From: Oceanispirochaeta sp.
GTDB taxonomy: Bacteria > Spirochaetota > Spirochaetia > DSM-2461
DNA length: 64,000 bases
Reading direction: 5' to 3'
NCBI GenBank assembly: GCA_963663385.2
Contig: CAXXXD010000002.1
Span: 960,001-1,024,000, forward strand
In this document: one piece after another, positions 1 through 11,689 of the stretch
Numbering within the stretch: position 1 is the first letter of the stretch
Layout of the letters: each line of letters starts with the position of its first letter
Notes under the pieces: generated by a model
The model's database searches: none
Told to the model about the DNA's origin: nothing
What the model saw: the letters and a program-made list of their open reading frames with translations, nothing else
Program-made: the position numbers and the translations under genes

Positions 1-2
1 TG

Positions 3-845
3 GAACGGGATCTGAAGCGTCTTGATGAGGAGATCCTGGAGGCGGAAGAGGATGTCCGGATCAGGAAGGAACTGGCCGAACTTAAAAGCTCCCGGGAGAG
101 CGACTATGAGGATGCCCTGGACATTCTGGAAGAGCTGGAAGAGCAGCGGGAAGATGCGGGGGATGATCTGGAATCTGCCGTCAAAGCCGGAGATATCGCC
201 CTCCGGAAACAGCAGGCCGCTATCAATCAGCTTCAGGTGGATCTGGATATTGTCAGGGAGGATATCGAAGAGAACCGTATTAAAAGCCCCATCGCGGGAG
301 AGGTCCTCAGCATCAGTGATGATCTGTATATCCCGGGAAGCCTGATAGAAGATACGGATACCCTTTTTACGGTAGCCGACAGGAATGAGGTCTATATCGA
401 TTTTGATGTGTATGAGCAGTACGCCAGCCTTCTGGAAATCGGCGGCGAGATGACTGTAACCGTCGGAACAGATACCATGAAGGCCGAGATTATCAGAATC
501 GGTAAAATCGCCACCATGGACACAGACGGCCTTTCCGCCATGATCACCGTCCGGGCTGAACCTGTTACCGATAAATCCCTGACCCCCGGCGCTTCGGCTG
601 TGGCTACCATTACCCTGAGTGTACAGGACGACGTCCTGGTCCTGCCCCGCGGATCCTGGCTGACTACAGGCGGTCAGGAGTATGCCTATGTTGTGAAAGA
701 CGGAAAGGCCTGTAAAACGAAAGTCGTTCTGGGCGAGATTCAGGGTACGGATGTGGAGATCCTGAGTGGTCTTGAAGCGGGAGACAAGGTTATAACAGGC
801 AGTTATCAGGCCTATATCGATCAGGAAGTGGTTTCCCTTAAATAA
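3..845 (+). CDS. Efflux periplasmic adaptor (MacA/HlyD-like), 5'-truncated by window edge
   Basis: Frame is open from position 3; coiled coil followed by IKSPIAGEV lipoyl motif and C-terminal VEILSGLEAGDKVI; precedes ABC exporter genes. Confidence 0.85.
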   Translation, partial: ERDLKRLDEEILEAEEDVRIRKELAELKSSRESDYEDALDILEELEEQREDAGDDLESAVKAGDIALRKQQAAINQLQVDLDIVREDIEENRIKSPIAGEVLSISDDLYIPGSLIEDTDTLFTVADRNEVYIDFDVYEQYASLLEIGGEMTVTVGTDTMKAEIIRIGKIATMDTDGLSAMITVRAEPVTDKSLTPGASAVATITLSVQDDVLVLPRGSWLTTGGQEYAYVVKDGKACKTKVVLGEIQGTDVEILSGLEAGDKVITGSYQAYIDQEVVSLK

Positions 846-891
846 ATAAACGGAGAACAGAACCCCGGCGGTGCGCCGGGAGGAGGAATAA

Positions 892-1584
892 ATGATAAAT
901 CTGATAAATGTAAATAAACAGTACGACCTGGGAGATGTAAAGGTGAATGCTCTCCAGGGGGTTTCCCTGACCATAAACAGAGGCGAATATATCGCCATTA
1001 TGGGTCCGTCCGGTTCGGGAAAATCCACCCTTATGCATATTATGGGGATCCTGGATTCCATGAGTTCGGGCAGATACTTTCTGGAGGACTACGAGATCAG
1101 CTCCCTCCCCGACAGGGAGCAGGCCCGGATCCGGAACAGGCACTTCGGTTTTATCTTTCAGAGCTTTAATCTCTTCCCCGAATTAAGCGCCCTTGAAAAT
1201 GTCATGCTTCCCATGAGTTACGCCGGTGTGCCCTACGGCAGACGGAAACAGCGGGCGGGGGAACTGCTGGAAGAGGTCGGGCTGGTTCACCGTCTGAACC
1301 ATCTGCCTGCCATGATGAGCGGCGGGGAACAGCAGCGCGTGGCAATCGCCCGCTCCCTCTCCAATGAACCCGATCTGATTCTGGCGGACGAACCGACAGG
1401 GAATCTTCCTTCCGACAAGGGGGAGGAGATTATGCAGATCCTGGAGAATTTCAACCGCAGAGGGGTTACGGTTGTAATGGTAACCCATAACCCCGATCAG
1501 GGGGCCCGGGCCCGGAGAGTAATTAATCTGAAAGACGGTATCCTGCAGGAAGAAGGAATCCTGAAGGAGGAAATCGATGCATGA
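892..1584 (+). CDS. ABC exporter ATP-binding protein (MacB/LolD-like)
   Basis: Walker A GPSGSGKS, signature MSGGEQQRVAIAR, Walker B ILADEPTG; GGAGG SD. Confidence 0.95.
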   Translation: MINLINVNKQYDLGDVKVNALQGVSLTINRGEYIAIMGPSGSGKSTLMHIMGILDSMSSGRYFLEDYEISSLPDREQARIRNRHFGFIFQSFNLFPELSALENVMLPMSYAGVPYGRRKQRAGELLEEVGLVHRLNHLPAMMSGGEQQRVAIARSLSNEPDLILADEPTGNLPSDKGEEIMQILENFNRRGVTVVMVTHNPDQGARARRVINLKDGILQEEGILKEEIDA

Positions 1585-2962
1585 TGAATCCCGTAAAATA
1601 ATCCTGCGCCGGTCAGTGAACCGTATGCTGGAAACGGGGCTTCTGATACTGGCAGTAGCCCTGGGGATCGGAGCGGCTTCGGCGGGGATGTCCCTTCTGG
1701 CCAATATCCTGCAGAGTTCCCGTGAGATGCTGGCCTCTCCCGCCTATCAGGAGATTGTGGTCAGCACTGTAGGCGAAGCGGACGAGATGGACAAGCCCGT
1801 TTCTCTCAAACCCGTATCGGAAGATGCTGTTCTGACTTCTGCCGATCTGGATGCGGCGGGTATGGCTCCCTCTGTGGATTATGCCTATGTAAAGAACCAT
1901 ATACGGATGCACTTTATCAATGAAGAGAGTATCGCAGAAGAGGAAGAGAGGCGGCAGGAGTTTGAGCAGATGCGGTCGGAGGCCGGCGGGGCATTGGGGA
2001 ACTCTGAAGGCGGTGAAGCTCCTCCCGAAGAGGGACCTCGAATGGAGCAGACCTCCCTGGAGGATCTGGAAAACATGGCTCTTGACGGGGACATTGTCAT
2101 TGCCGAACTGGAGGAGATTAACGGTTATGAGGTTACCCCCGGTTTTTTCGATGCCTGGGAGCTGACCGCTTCCTCGGGAAGCCTGTTTACCGAAAGCGAT
2201 ATGACCGGGACCTCTTCCATTGTTGTACTGGGGGCGGAAACGGCTGAACTCCTTGCCCCGGAGGGGGAACCGCCCGAATCCCTTCCGGGGAAGAAACTTC
2301 TGACCCGTGACGGTCTGGTTACGGTTATCGGGATAGCCGATAAAACGGGAGGCGATAACGATGATGCCTTCTTTCAACCCTATCAGAGTGACGGAGGTTT
2401 GTCCGGATTCCGCAGGATGTTTATGAATACGCAGCTCCGTTTTACCGTGGATGATCCTGACAATCTGGATGAAACGGCCCTGCTCCTGCAGAAGTGGTTT
2501 GACAGGGAATACGGAGAACAGCAGATTGTTATTTCCAATCCCCGTTCGGAAGCGGTTCAACTGGCCTCCCGTAATACGGGAATCGGTTTCCTTATCCTTT
2601 TTCTCTCTCTGGCGGGACTCTTTATCGCATCGGTTAATGTTTCCAATATCCTTATGAGCCGGGCCATGCGGATGAAAAAGCATGTAGGGATTCTGATGGC
2701 CCTTGGGGCTTCCCGCCGCCGGGTTCTGGAACTCTTTGGAACAGAAGCTCTGGGTATAACCCTGGCGGGAGCTGTCTTTGGCACCTTTCTGTCCCTCCCC
2801 CTCGGGAACTATATGCAGAGTTCTCTTGATATAGCCAGGGGATCGGGGATCTACACATTCCTGGGGGTTGTTCTGTCGGCAGCTCTTACCTTTATCTTCG
2901 GGATACTCCCGGCCAGGCAGTATTCCGGAATCGATCCCGCCCAAGCCATGCGGGCTGCCTGA
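1577..2962 (+). CDS. ABC exporter permease (MacB/FtsX family)
   Basis: N-terminal TM, large periplasmic domain, C-terminal FtsX-like segment (VGILMALGASR). Confidence 0.85.
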   Translation: MHDESRKIILRRSVNRMLETGLLILAVALGIGAASAGMSLLANILQSSREMLASPAYQEIVVSTVGEADEMDKPVSLKPVSEDAVLTSADLDAAGMAPSVDYAYVKNHIRMHFINEESIAEEEERRQEFEQMRSEAGGALGNSEGGEAPPEEGPRMEQTSLEDLENMALDGDIVIAELEEINGYEVTPGFFDAWELTASSGSLFTESDMTGTSSIVVLGAETAELLAPEGEPPESLPGKKLLTRDGLVTVIGIADKTGGDNDDAFFQPYQSDGGLSGFRRMFMNTQLRFTVDDPDNLDETALLLQKWFDREYGEQQIVISNPRSEAVQLASRNTGIGFLILFLSLAGLFIASVNVSNILMSRAMRMKKHVGILMALGASRRRVLELFGTEALGITLAGAVFGTFLSLPLGNYMQSSLDIARGSGIYTFLGVVLSAALTFIFGILPARQYSGIDPAQAMRAA

Positions 2963-2978
2963 GGAGGTATGAAAAACT

Positions 2979-4289
2979 ATGAAAAAATTTCTAACCATGC
3001 TGATCCGGAACTGGTCCGGATCGCCTGTAAAAATAATCCTGACCCTGAGCTCCGTCGCCCTGGGTACGGGTATCCTGATACTGGCCGGCAGCGCCGGTAA
3101 AATCCTGGAGCAGCAGATTGCCAGCGAACTGGAGAAGGACGGTCTGGTACTGATGATGGCAAACGGGGAGTGGGATTCCAACGGAAAGGTGGAACAGACC
3201 CGGCCGACCGAGTGGGATTCCACAGCTCCCTCCGTTCTTGTCAGTGATATAGAAGAGGTTACGGCTGCGGTACCCGTTGTGGCGCCCCCTTTCTCCGAAA
3301 TCACCACGGAAGGGCAGTCCTACAATATGCGTTCGGTTGTCGGGACAGGACCGGATTATTTCACCATATTCTCCCTTGATATTGTGGCGGGAGTCCCCAT
3401 GACCGACCGGGATATCGATTCGGGATTCAAGAAGGTCTGGATCAGCAGCGAGATGGCGGAAATCCTCTACGGGTCAGCTGATGCGGCCATAGGCAAATGG
3501 ATCCAGCCCCCCGGTGAGATGCTCCACAGAGGCCCCGGGGGAGGGAAAAGCCGGAATATGATACAGCAGTATTCGGTGGCCGGTGTATTTGAATCCCCCG
3601 GTGAGGTGGCCCGTCGCTCCTACGGCATAGGCGATGCCGTCTTTCCCTATACGGCACTGCTTTCCGCGGGAGGCAATATTCAGAGGATGATGGATATGAT
3701 GGCCGGACAGCTTCTTCTGCAGGCCGGCAGCGGTTCGGTTGAGAAGGTGAGCGCTTCCATTGCCGAGGTGGTTGCATCCAACTACGGTTACGATATCGAT
3801 CTGGTTGTCTGGGAAGGTTCTCCCAACGGGGTTACCGATTATATGGATGAGCTTCGTCAGTCAGTCCGGATTTTCTCGGTTTCCCTGTCTATTCTGGGGA
3901 TGGTTCTTCTTCTTACAAGTTCCCTTGGAATCTTCAGTATCATGGTAGTGGAGGCTCTAAACCGGCGGCGGGATATCGCTCTGGAGCGCTCCCTGGGTGC
4001 TTCCCGGCAGATGGTCGTCCGGGAATTCTGGTCCTGGTCCATCGCTTTGAGTTTCACAGGTGCGGCTGTGGGCGTGATCCTGGCTCTAATCCTCTCCCGG
4101 CCGGTTCTGGGTACCCTTTCGCCCCTTGTGGGAGAGGTTTCCACCCGGTTCAGCGAAGCCGCCGGAGTCAAAGGCGGTTCCGTGTTTCTCGGAGTGGGAA
4201 TGGCTCTCCTTTTCGGCGGGGTGCTGGGGCTTTTACCTTCCTTCTCGGCTGTAAAAGGCAATATCGCCGAAACCTTGAGGGAGGCCTGA
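2979..4289 (+). CDS. ABC exporter permease (MacB/FtsX family), second subunit
   Basis: Same topology; RRRDIALERSLGAS FtsX motif. Confidence 0.85.
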   Translation: MKKFLTMLIRNWSGSPVKIILTLSSVALGTGILILAGSAGKILEQQIASELEKDGLVLMMANGEWDSNGKVEQTRPTEWDSTAPSVLVSDIEEVTAAVPVVAPPFSEITTEGQSYNMRSVVGTGPDYFTIFSLDIVAGVPMTDRDIDSGFKKVWISSEMAEILYGSADAAIGKWIQPPGEMLHRGPGGGKSRNMIQQYSVAGVFESPGEVARRSYGIGDAVFPYTALLSAGGNIQRMMDMMAGQLLLQAGSGSVEKVSASIAEVVASNYGYDIDLVVWEGSPNGVTDYMDELRQSVRIFSVSLSILGMVLLLTSSLGIFSIMVVEALNRRRDIALERSLGASRQMVVREFWSWSIALSFTGAAVGVILALILSRPVLGTLSPLVGEVSTRFSEAAGVKGGSVFLGVGMALLFGGVLGLLPSFSAVKGNIAETLREA

Positions 4290-4290
4290 T

Positions 4291-5565
4291 ATGGGTAGAT
4301 TCCTCCATGCGGTAATAGTCATCATTCTGCTGTTGCTTTCGGGAGCTCTGGGGGCGCAGGAATTGACAAGTCTGGATGATATTAAAGCCTATGCCCTTGA
4401 AAACAGTCTGGCTTATAAACAGGCTGCCCGGGATGCGGCAAAAGCCGCAAATGATGTGGATGGTATACTGGAGCTGGAAGAGACAAGCTTTTTCGCGGCA
4501 GCTGATTATTCCGATACGGCAGATGAGATCAGTTCTTCCGCAGGGGCGGTTGTTCCCCTGATAGATCAGCTGAGCCTTAACGGAACCTGGTATGATGATA
4601 ACAGGACCAGTGTGGGAGTGAGTTTTTCTCCCCTGGTTCATAGCGATGACAGGGACCAGCAGGATATCAATCTAAGGAAAGCCCTGGCTCTGGCTGAGGA
4701 AACTGCTGTTACAGCGGAAAACAGCGCTCTTTCGGCTGCCCTGTACTGGATGGCCGTTTCCAGGCAGCTCCGGGTTCAGGAAGAGGCTGTATCGGTCCGG
4801 TCCGTTATCTATCAGGATGAGAAGGTCCGCTATGAAGCGGGAGAGGTCACCCTGGATGATGTCAGGGATGCCCTGGTCAGCTGGACCGAATCCCGTACGA
4901 CCCTGAGCAGCCTGCAGACCCAGCTCCGTCAGAAGGAGTCGGATCTGATGAAAGCGCTGAATGTGAATCCCGCGGAAGTCTCCATCCCTCTGCTGGACCG
5001 TACGGAACTGGGGAAGGAGTTGAATCTGCTGAAACTGTCTATCATTCCCGAAGAGACGGATGCCGCAGGCAGCTGCTCCGTGCTGAGTGCCTACCTGGCT
5101 CTGGAAAGTGTTCAGCAAAGTCTGGCGGATACGTGGCTCTTTGATCCGACTCTGAGTCTGACTGCCGGAGCTCTCAGGGAGGGGGGCGATATCACCTGGG
5201 AAGCGGGGCTGCAGTTCGGTTTTTCCCTGCAGGACTGGCAGAAGGTCGACCGGGAAGAACTGCTGACAGACCTGGCCCTCAGCCGGGAAGAGGCATTTCA
5301 GGCGGAACAGGCTGCGGATCTTGCCCTGCAGCAGGCCCTGATTGCTCTGGACAATACGGCCCGGAACCGGGAAGTCGCCGAACTGGAGCTTGAGCAGGCG
5401 ACGGATCTCTATGAGGAAGCTCTTTATCTTAACGAAATAGGGGAGTACTCGGAAGCCGAGCGGGATGATGCCGAACTGGCGCTCCGATTAGCCGAAACAG
5501 GTTTGTTCAGCTCCCTGGCCGATGAATACCTGGCCTGGCGGGAGATCCTCCTGTACCTTCCCTGA
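4291..5565 (+). CDS. TolC-like outer membrane efflux protein
   Basis: Signal peptide, long amphipathic helices, RYEAGEVT motif, last gene of exporter operon. Confidence 0.7.
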   Translation: MGRFLHAVIVIILLLLSGALGAQELTSLDDIKAYALENSLAYKQAARDAAKAANDVDGILELEETSFFAAADYSDTADEISSSAGAVVPLIDQLSLNGTWYDDNRTSVGVSFSPLVHSDDRDQQDINLRKALALAEETAVTAENSALSAALYWMAVSRQLRVQEEAVSVRSVIYQDEKVRYEAGEVTLDDVRDALVSWTESRTTLSSLQTQLRQKESDLMKALNVNPAEVSIPLLDRTELGKELNLLKLSIIPEETDAAGSCSVLSAYLALESVQQSLADTWLFDPTLSLTAGALREGGDITWEAGLQFGFSLQDWQKVDREELLTDLALSREEAFQAEQAADLALQQALIALDNTARNREVAELELEQATDLYEEALYLNEIGEYSEAERDDAELALRLAETGLFSSLADEYLAWREILLYLP

Positions 5566-5615
5566 AAGGGCGCTCTGGTTTGGGCAAAAACTATTCTTTC
5601 TGTCTGAAGCGGAAT

Positions 5616-6008
5616 TTACTGCTCCCTGATCCATTCCAGGGCATTCCTCAGATTCGGGAAAAAGGCAAGGTTTATCCCTTCAGCCAGAAAGGGCGACTTG
5701 TGCATCCTCTGGTTCAGTCTGCTGCTGAAGTTTTCCGGCTCCACAACAGCCCAGGTTCGCCATCCGGCTTCTTTCGCCCTGGGAAGCCAGTCATTATGAA
5801 TCCAGTCTGCCCCTTCGTCGCTGATCCGGCCGTTTTTCCTGTTGTCAGAAATCCATTTGGTAAGATTGTGTTTTTTCAGGAATTCCAGTCCAGTCGTCAA
5901 AATATCCTGCCATACCTCTATGGTCACTGCGGTTTTCAGTGTATGAATCATTGTTTCCGACTCTTCCAGGTAAGCCAGAATATAATTGTCCGTTTCCTTG
6001 ATAATCAT
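5616..6008 (-). CDS. Small STAS/SEC14 (SpoIIAA-like) protein
   Basis: KWISDNR...WIHNDWLPRA..AGWR.WAVV pattern and F...ALEWI C-terminus; last gene of signalling cluster. Confidence 0.55.
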   Translation of the reverse strand: MIIKETDNYILAYLEESETMIHTLKTAVTIEVWQDILTTGLEFLKKHNLTKWISDNRKNGRISDEGADWIHNDWLPRAKEAGWRTWAVVEPENFSSRLNQRMHKSPFLAEGINLAFFPNLRNALEWIREQ

Positions 6009-6085
6009 TATTAAACCTTATATATAAAACCTAGCCTGTTTCAGTAAAAAGGATCAATCGTTTAATCGGAGAGACAGAGAAAAAA

Positions 6086-7654
6086 TCAATAATAGGGATT
6101 AAAATATTTATTAATCATTCTAAAAAGATGCAGCTCCGAAACCGGTTTGATTAATATATCTGTAAATCCCGCCTCATCAAAAAGTTTTATATCCTCCTTC
6201 TGGGAGTAGGCGGTTACAGCGATTACGGGAATATGAAAATCACTCTTTATTCTGTTTATTTCCTGCATTACCTGAATCCCGCTGATTTCGGGAAGGCCTA
6301 TATCCATCAGAACAAGATCAAAAGATTTTTCCGATAGGACTTCCAGTGCTTCCGTACCATTTATAACCTGAGTAACATGGCATCCTGCCTCTTCCAGTAT
6401 CTTTTCCAGGTAATATATGGATACAGTATCATCTTCAACAATCAGAATGGAAAGGGACGGTATCTTTAAATCTACCGGATCCTCGATCTCCTTTTCCGTG
6501 TTGGCGTCGTGGGCTGGGATGGCAATTTGAAAGGCAGTTCCTTCCGGAGTCGATTGAAAAGTAATTGAACCATCCATGGCCGTTACCAGGCTCTGGGTGA
6601 TGGCCAGACCGAGTCCAAGACTGTTCTCTCCATTAATATATCTCTTATTTTTCTGAACAAAGGGTTTGAAAATATCATTCTGTATTTCCATGGGGATACC
6701 CTTCCCCTCGTCGGAGATTCTCAGATCCAGTTTGTCCTTATATGTATAGGCAATGGAGATTGTTCCTTTTTCCGAATATTTTATCGCGTTGGTAAGGATA
6801 TTCTCCAGGATCTGGAGGATTCTATCCCTGTCTCCTGTAAAAACGATGGATTCACCTGGATGGGTAATCTCCAGATTTAATCCTTTTTTCCGGCATTGCA
6901 GACTATATAACTGTTCCAGTTTTCTGAACAGGTCGGTTAATGAAAAAGGAGAATAACGCAAGAGCATGGAGTTATTTTCCAGCTGTGTATAATCCAGGAT
7001 ATTATTTATCAGAAAAGAGAGATGGTTGGCCGAATAATCTGCCAGGTCTATGTACAACTCCTGAAGATCCTCATCCTGTGCGCCTTTCTTCAATAAACTT
7101 AACATTCCCATTATACCGTTTAAGGGAGTCCGGAATTCATGATTGATCTGGGATATGAAAAGGGATTTTGCTTTATTGGCCTGTTCCGCTTCTTCCTTTG
7201 CGCGTTGCAGTTCAAGAGTCCTTTTTTTTATCTCCTGTTCCAACCGGCTGTTGAAAATCAGGATTTCCTCCATAGATCTTTTCAGATTGATATGGGTTCG
7301 GACCCGGGATAGAACATCCATCGATATAAAAGGCTTTGTAATGTAATCCGCTCCGCCTGCGTTAAACCCCATGACTTTCTTGCTTCCTTCCATTATTCCG
7401 GATACGAATATTACGGGAACCGCCAGTAAATGGGGTATCTTTTTTATGGCTCTGCATAGGTCTATTCCGTTCATCCCGGGGATATCTATATCCAGTAAAA
7501 ACAAATCGGGAGTGTTTTCTTCTGCATAGGCCAATGCTTCTTCGGAGGATTGAAACGGGACCGTTTCATATCCCTTTTCCGTCAGTATATCCTGCAATAG
7601 ATTTACAATGTAGATATCGTCATCTACGATTACAATTTTCCCTTTCAGTATCAT
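6086..7654 (-). CDS. Hybrid histidine kinase REC-HisKA-HATPase-REC
   Basis: N-terminal receiver (LLDIDIP), [10 protein letters not shown]-box, NAIKYS N-box, GLGLAI G2-box, C-terminal receiver (LMDIGLP). Confidence 0.92.
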   Translation of the reverse strand: MILKGKIVIVDDDIYIVNLLQDILTEKGYETVPFQSSEEALAYAEENTPDLFLLDIDIPGMNGIDLCRAIKKIPHLLAVPVIFVSGIMEGSKKVMGFNAGGADYITKPFISMDVLSRVRTHINLKRSMEEILIFNSRLEQEIKKRTLELQRAKEEAEQANKAKSLFISQINHEFRTPLNGIMGMLSLLKKGAQDEDLQELYIDLADYSANHLSFLINNILDYTQLENNSMLLRYSPFSLTDLFRKLEQLYSLQCRKKGLNLEITHPGESIVFTGDRDRILQILENILTNAIKYSEKGTISIAYTYKDKLDLRISDEGKGIPMEIQNDIFKPFVQKNKRYINGENSLGLGLAITQSLVTAMDGSITFQSTPEGTAFQIAIPAHDANTEKEIEDPVDLKIPSLSILIVEDDTVSIYYLEKILEEAGCHVTQVINGTEALEVLSEKSFDLVLMDIGLPEISGIQVMQEINRIKSDFHIPVIAVTAYSQKEDIKLFDEAGFTDILIKPVSELHLFRMINKYFNPYY

Positions 7655-7664
7655 TTTTTCCTGC

Positions 7665-8396
7665 CTAACGGTTATTTTTACATGTGATCATTAGAAAATC
7701 AGCGATTTCATAAACAGTATTCATATCTTTTCGTGCATCCGGGTGTGTTTCTTCGGAACAGGGAAAAACAGAGGCTGCAATCTGGTTGCCGCTGTTTCTG
7801 CTGCAAATCCTGATTTCATAGCCTGTCATCCGGTCATAATTCATAAATCTGATATTGGCGTCCAATTGAACCCGGGTCTTAAAGTTGTCCGGTTCTTTTG
7901 AACGGATGAAAAGGTACTGGAGCAGCTGCATATTTAATAAATCATACTTATCAAAGAATAAATTCCGGCGGGACTCAAATACAATATGCAATACCGTGTT
8001 CTCAAAACAGAAGAAATACTCCATTTCATCTGAACCGGTACTTTTTTTGTAAGTGTTTTCTTCGTTATTCCTATTATACAGGAATTCCGGAATATACGAT
8101 CCCTTCGGAAGGGATATGAGAACCGCATCATGACGCCCGTCCGTCTTGTAATACTCTACAAGACGGTCGCGAAGGCGTTTGGCCTCAACCCGGACTCTCG
8201 GATTCTGCTGCTGATCAAAGTCTGCATTCAGACCGAACGCTTCAATTGCGATTGTATACTCTTTGATTTGATCGGTTTCACCGTTCAGGGTTTTATAACA
8301 TACATATTTTAAAAAACTGACAGACCTTTTGGATGATTTGAAGGAATCATGAGATACTATTTTTTGAATCTGATTCTGGACTGTTTCTTTTTTCAT
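7665..8396 (-). CDS. Putative DNA-binding protein with the N-terminal domain seen in TolB/TPR/adenylate-cyclase-annotated proteins
   Basis: [12 protein letters not shown]...[17 protein letters not shown]...[12 protein letters not shown] motif. Confidence 0.6.
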   Translation of the reverse strand: MKKETVQNQIQKIVSHDSFKSSKRSVSFLKYVCYKTLNGETDQIKEYTIAIEAFGLNADFDQQQNPRVRVEAKRLRDRLVEYYKTDGRHDAVLISLPKGSYIPEFLYNRNNEENTYKKSTGSDEMEYFFCFENTVLHIVFESRRNLFFDKYDLLNMQLLQYLFIRSKEPDNFKTRVQLDANIRFMNYDRMTGYEIRICSRNSGNQIAASVFPCSEETHPDARKDMNTVYEIADFLMITCKNNR

Positions 8397-8496
8397 GATA
8401 ATTGAAATGATTATATCTTAAACAGATAAAATAAGGATGATTTTTCCGGATGTAACTGTTACACATGGGCAGCTGTTCCATCCGGTACCGAATTGT

Positions 8497-11400
8497 CTAG
8501 CGTTTCAGGAGTTCCTGTATGCTGCCTATGAGAAGATTGATGGACAGAGGTTTCTGGACAATTTTCATACTCTCCTTTATCAATATTTCTTTATTCTGAA
8601 GGTCTTCCAGATATCCGGTCATAAAGAGAGTTTTCAGATGGGGAGACTTTTCGGTCAGCTTGTCATGCAGGGTGATTCCGTCCCGGCCAGGTAAAACGAT
8701 ATCCGTTAACAGTAAATCAATGGAATCAGCGCCTTCTGTACAGATTTCCAATGCCTCCTCGGCAGATTCAGCCGGAATGACATTATACCCGTACTGATCA
8801 AGGATAGTCGATGTAACAGTTCTTACCTGGGGGTCATCTTCCACAAGGAGGATTGTTCCGGTGGATCGGGATTCTACGGAATGTAAATCTTCCTCTTCCC
8901 TGGCCGGTGAATTCTCCTCTATTACGGGAAGGGATATACGTACAACCGTTCCTTTGCCAACTGTGCTGTTTACCGATATCTCCCCTTTGTGCTGCTTGAC
9001 GATACTGTGAACATTGGCTAATCCCAATCCTGTCCCTTTGTCTCCCTTGGTGGAATAATAGGGTTCGAATATCTTATCTATGTTATCCCGACTGATACCG
9101 CATCCCGTATCGGAAATTTTAACAGCGATCCGGTAGAATCCCTCTCTGTGTTCTTTCTCCGTTTGTATTGTAATCGTTCCTCCCCCGGGCATGGCATCCT
9201 GGGCATTTACTGCCAGATTCATAATTATCAGCTCGATTTTTCCGGGATCGGCGTTAACGGATGGTAAATCAAGATCCAGGATTGTCCGGATTGTAATATT
9301 CTCCCTTAGTGTTCTTTTAAGCAGATGCATAAAATCCGAAACAAGAATATTCAGGTTAACCGCGTGAAATTCCAGGTCATGTTTACGGCTGAAAGTCAGC
9401 AGCTGTTTGATAAGCTTCCTGGCTCTTTCTCCGGCTTCCTGAATCTGCCTGATCCTCTTCTGTTTCATTTCGTCCAGAGTCGAATCATTCAATAACAGCT
9501 CACTGTACCCCAGTATGGGCGAGAGCATATTGTTCAGGTCATGGGCAATCCCTCCGGCAAGGCGCCCGATGGATTCTTCCTTTTGCGCCTGATAATACTG
9601 CTCTTCCAAACGGACGTTTTCCTTCTCTATTTTCAGTTGTTCCGTAATATCCCGTTCCATACAGACGTAGTGTATAATAGCGCCTTCCGGGTTAATAATC
9701 GGAAAAACACTGGCCTCCACGATATAGTCGGAACCGTCCTTCCTTTTATTGCATATACGGCCGGACCATAGCCTTTTAGAGGATACGGTCTGCCAGATTT
9801 CCTGATAGGAGTCGCTGTCTATCAGGTGACTCTTAAGCACGCAGGCGGCAGGAAGATGCAGTACTTCGGCTTCCGAATAACCGGAGATCTGTTCGAATGA
9901 GGGGTTTACAAATACGATATTCCCTTTTGAATCTGTCACTATAATGCTGTCATGGCTCTGTTTATATGCGGATATAAGAATCTCCCGTTCCTTCTCTTTT
10001 TCCTTTCTTTCTGTAATATCCTGTATCCTGTGTACATATCCCTTAGAGTAATCTGCTGTATCCAATGGACTGGCGCATACTGAAATGTTGATCAGCCGGC
10101 CTGTTTTATGTTTCCAAACAGCTTCTATTGTGCTGATGCCCTTAAAGGAGAACTGGGCCGCTTCTTCCTGTAATACGCGGTTGTATTCCTCCCGGTCGGC
10201 ATACAGGATCTCTCTATTCTGATTTATCAGTTCTTCGGAAGAATACCCGGTTATATCATGAATCCTGTTATTGATATGCAGGATTCTGTTATCCTTTATT
10301 ACGCCGATTCCTACAGGGGCTACTTTTAAAATACCCCGCAAGTATTCCTCTTTTTCTTTAATATCGCTGATAATTTCTGTCCGGACGGCAATATACTTCT
10401 TCAGTTTGAGGTTCTGAAACGCAATCGTCGAGATTTGTTTTGTTATTGTGTTCAGCAAAGACACCGCTGCCTTGAGATCATCGGATGTCATCCGGGTGGT
10501 GTTCCGGTAAGCATTATACAGAATCTCCGGATCGGCTCCGATCTCTTCGGCGTAGGAATAGATAAATTCCTTTTGATCTTCTGTTCCCCGGACTTGACCT
10601 ATAAGCCATGTGGCAACATGTTTCCCCCCGATTATTATGGGTGAGCTTGAGTCCCACAGTCTGCCGCTGGAGCAGCAGTATGTATTGGGTAAATAATCTG
10701 AGTCCTGTATCCGGGAGTCCGATTTTATACAATTGCCGTAGCCCTTCTGAGTTTTTCGTATGATCCGGCAGTATTCGCTGAAATTGACTGGAGGCAGAAT
10801 CGGTTCGCCTTCAGGATCTGCAATAATGGAGGATACACCGGTTACACGGCAGAATTCTTTCTGAAGCAGATGAATCTGTTCCAGATCGAAATAATCCTCC
10901 AGCTGCAGATCCGGCTCGCCCTCATTATGTATTTTCGCTGCTGTGTCTTTTTCTGATGCTTTATTTATAAACACCTGTGAATCAGGATCTATTTTTGTTT
11001 CGGAGGCTGCTTTTTTCTTGTTTATTCTATTTTGAATACGAATCGACCAGATGGCATCGGAGAGGTCTTCCGCTAAAGTATTGACAAATTCCGGATCAAT
11101 AGAGATGACCGGGTCTATGGAGTAGGACGCGCAGAATACACCGAGGCGGATCCCGCGGTGAAAAAGGGGGATCAGGAGCTTCCGGTTATTTTTAAAGTAT
11201 GAATGAAGGGGACACTCCGAACAGTATGTATCGGGGCTCTTCAGAATAATTCCTTCCTTATGATCCAGCATTTCAATATAACAGATTGGAATGCGGCCTG
11301 AATCGAATACCTGCTCCATTGCGTTTGCCGAATTCCGATCCCAGCGGGTATAGTGGGGAATTTCACTATTGTCCTTATCCAGAATCAGCCAGGCCTGATT

Positions 11401-11541
11401 GATTTCTATCCTGTTTGAAATATACCAGCATGCCGTATCCAGAATGGACTGCAGATTTTTTCCTTCCCGGATATTCTTATGAATCGTACTTGTTATCTGA
11501 ATGGATTCGAAATGGTCCAACGCTGTTAAAGTTTTTATCAT
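8497..11541 (-). CDS. Cytoplasmic hybrid sensor kinase GAF-PocR-PAS-PAS-HisKA-HATPase-REC
   Basis: PocR Cys pattern (YCRIIR..CIKSD..YCCSSG), two PAS/PAC domains, AHDLNN H-box, GTGLGL, receiver LLTDIVLP; no TM segment evident. Confidence 0.88.
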   Translation of the reverse strand: MIKTLTALDHFESIQITSTIHKNIREGKNLQSILDTACWYISNRIEINQAWLILDKDNSEIPHYTRWDRNSANAMEQVFDSGRIPICYIEMLDHKEGIILKSPDTYCSECPLHSYFKNNRKLLIPLFHRGIRLGVFCASYSIDPVISIDPEFVNTLAEDLSDAIWSIRIQNRINKKKAASETKIDPDSQVFINKASEKDTAAKIHNEGEPDLQLEDYFDLEQIHLLQKEFCRVTGVSSIIADPEGEPILPPVNFSEYCRIIRKTQKGYGNCIKSDSRIQDSDYLPNTYCCSSGRLWDSSSPIIIGGKHVATWLIGQVRGTEDQKEFIYSYAEEIGADPEILYNAYRNTTRMTSDDLKAAVSLLNTITKQISTIAFQNLKLKKYIAVRTEIISDIKEKEEYLRGILKVAPVGIGVIKDNRILHINNRIHDITGYSSEELINQNREILYADREEYNRVLQEEAAQFSFKGISTIEAVWKHKTGRLINISVCASPLDTADYSKGYVHRIQDITERKEKEKEREILISAYKQSHDSIIVTDSKGNIVFVNPSFEQISGYSEAEVLHLPAACVLKSHLIDSDSYQEIWQTVSSKRLWSGRICNKRKDGSDYIVEASVFPIINPEGAIIHYVCMERDITEQLKIEKENVRLEEQYYQAQKEESIGRLAGGIAHDLNNMLSPILGYSELLLNDSTLDEMKQKRIRQIQEAGERARKLIKQLLTFSRKHDLEFHAVNLNILVSDFMHLLKRTLRENITIRTILDLDLPSVNADPGKIELIIMNLAVNAQDAMPGGGTITIQTEKEHREGFYRIAVKISDTGCGISRDNIDKIFEPYYSTKGDKGTGLGLANVHSIVKQHKGEISVNSTVGKGTVVRISLPVIEENSPAREEEDLHSVESRSTGTILLVEDDPQVRTVTSTILDQYGYNVIPAESAEEALEICTEGADSIDLLLTDIVLPGRDGITLHDKLTEKSPHLKTLFMTGYLEDLQNKEILIKESMKIVQKPLSINLLIGSIQELLKR

Positions 11542-11689
11542 GATGCACCTAAAAATAAACGCCTTTACTTTGTTTTATCAGTCTAACATATCAGATTTTC
11601 AAATAATATAATAGTTGTTGAAAATAATGATCTTTAAAAAATATATAATGTTAAAACGTTTACAGGTATGGGATTACTGTATTTTAACT

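Noticed and set aside
1613..3307. 564-aa minus-strand ORF
   Set aside because: Antisense shadow of the ABC permease genes
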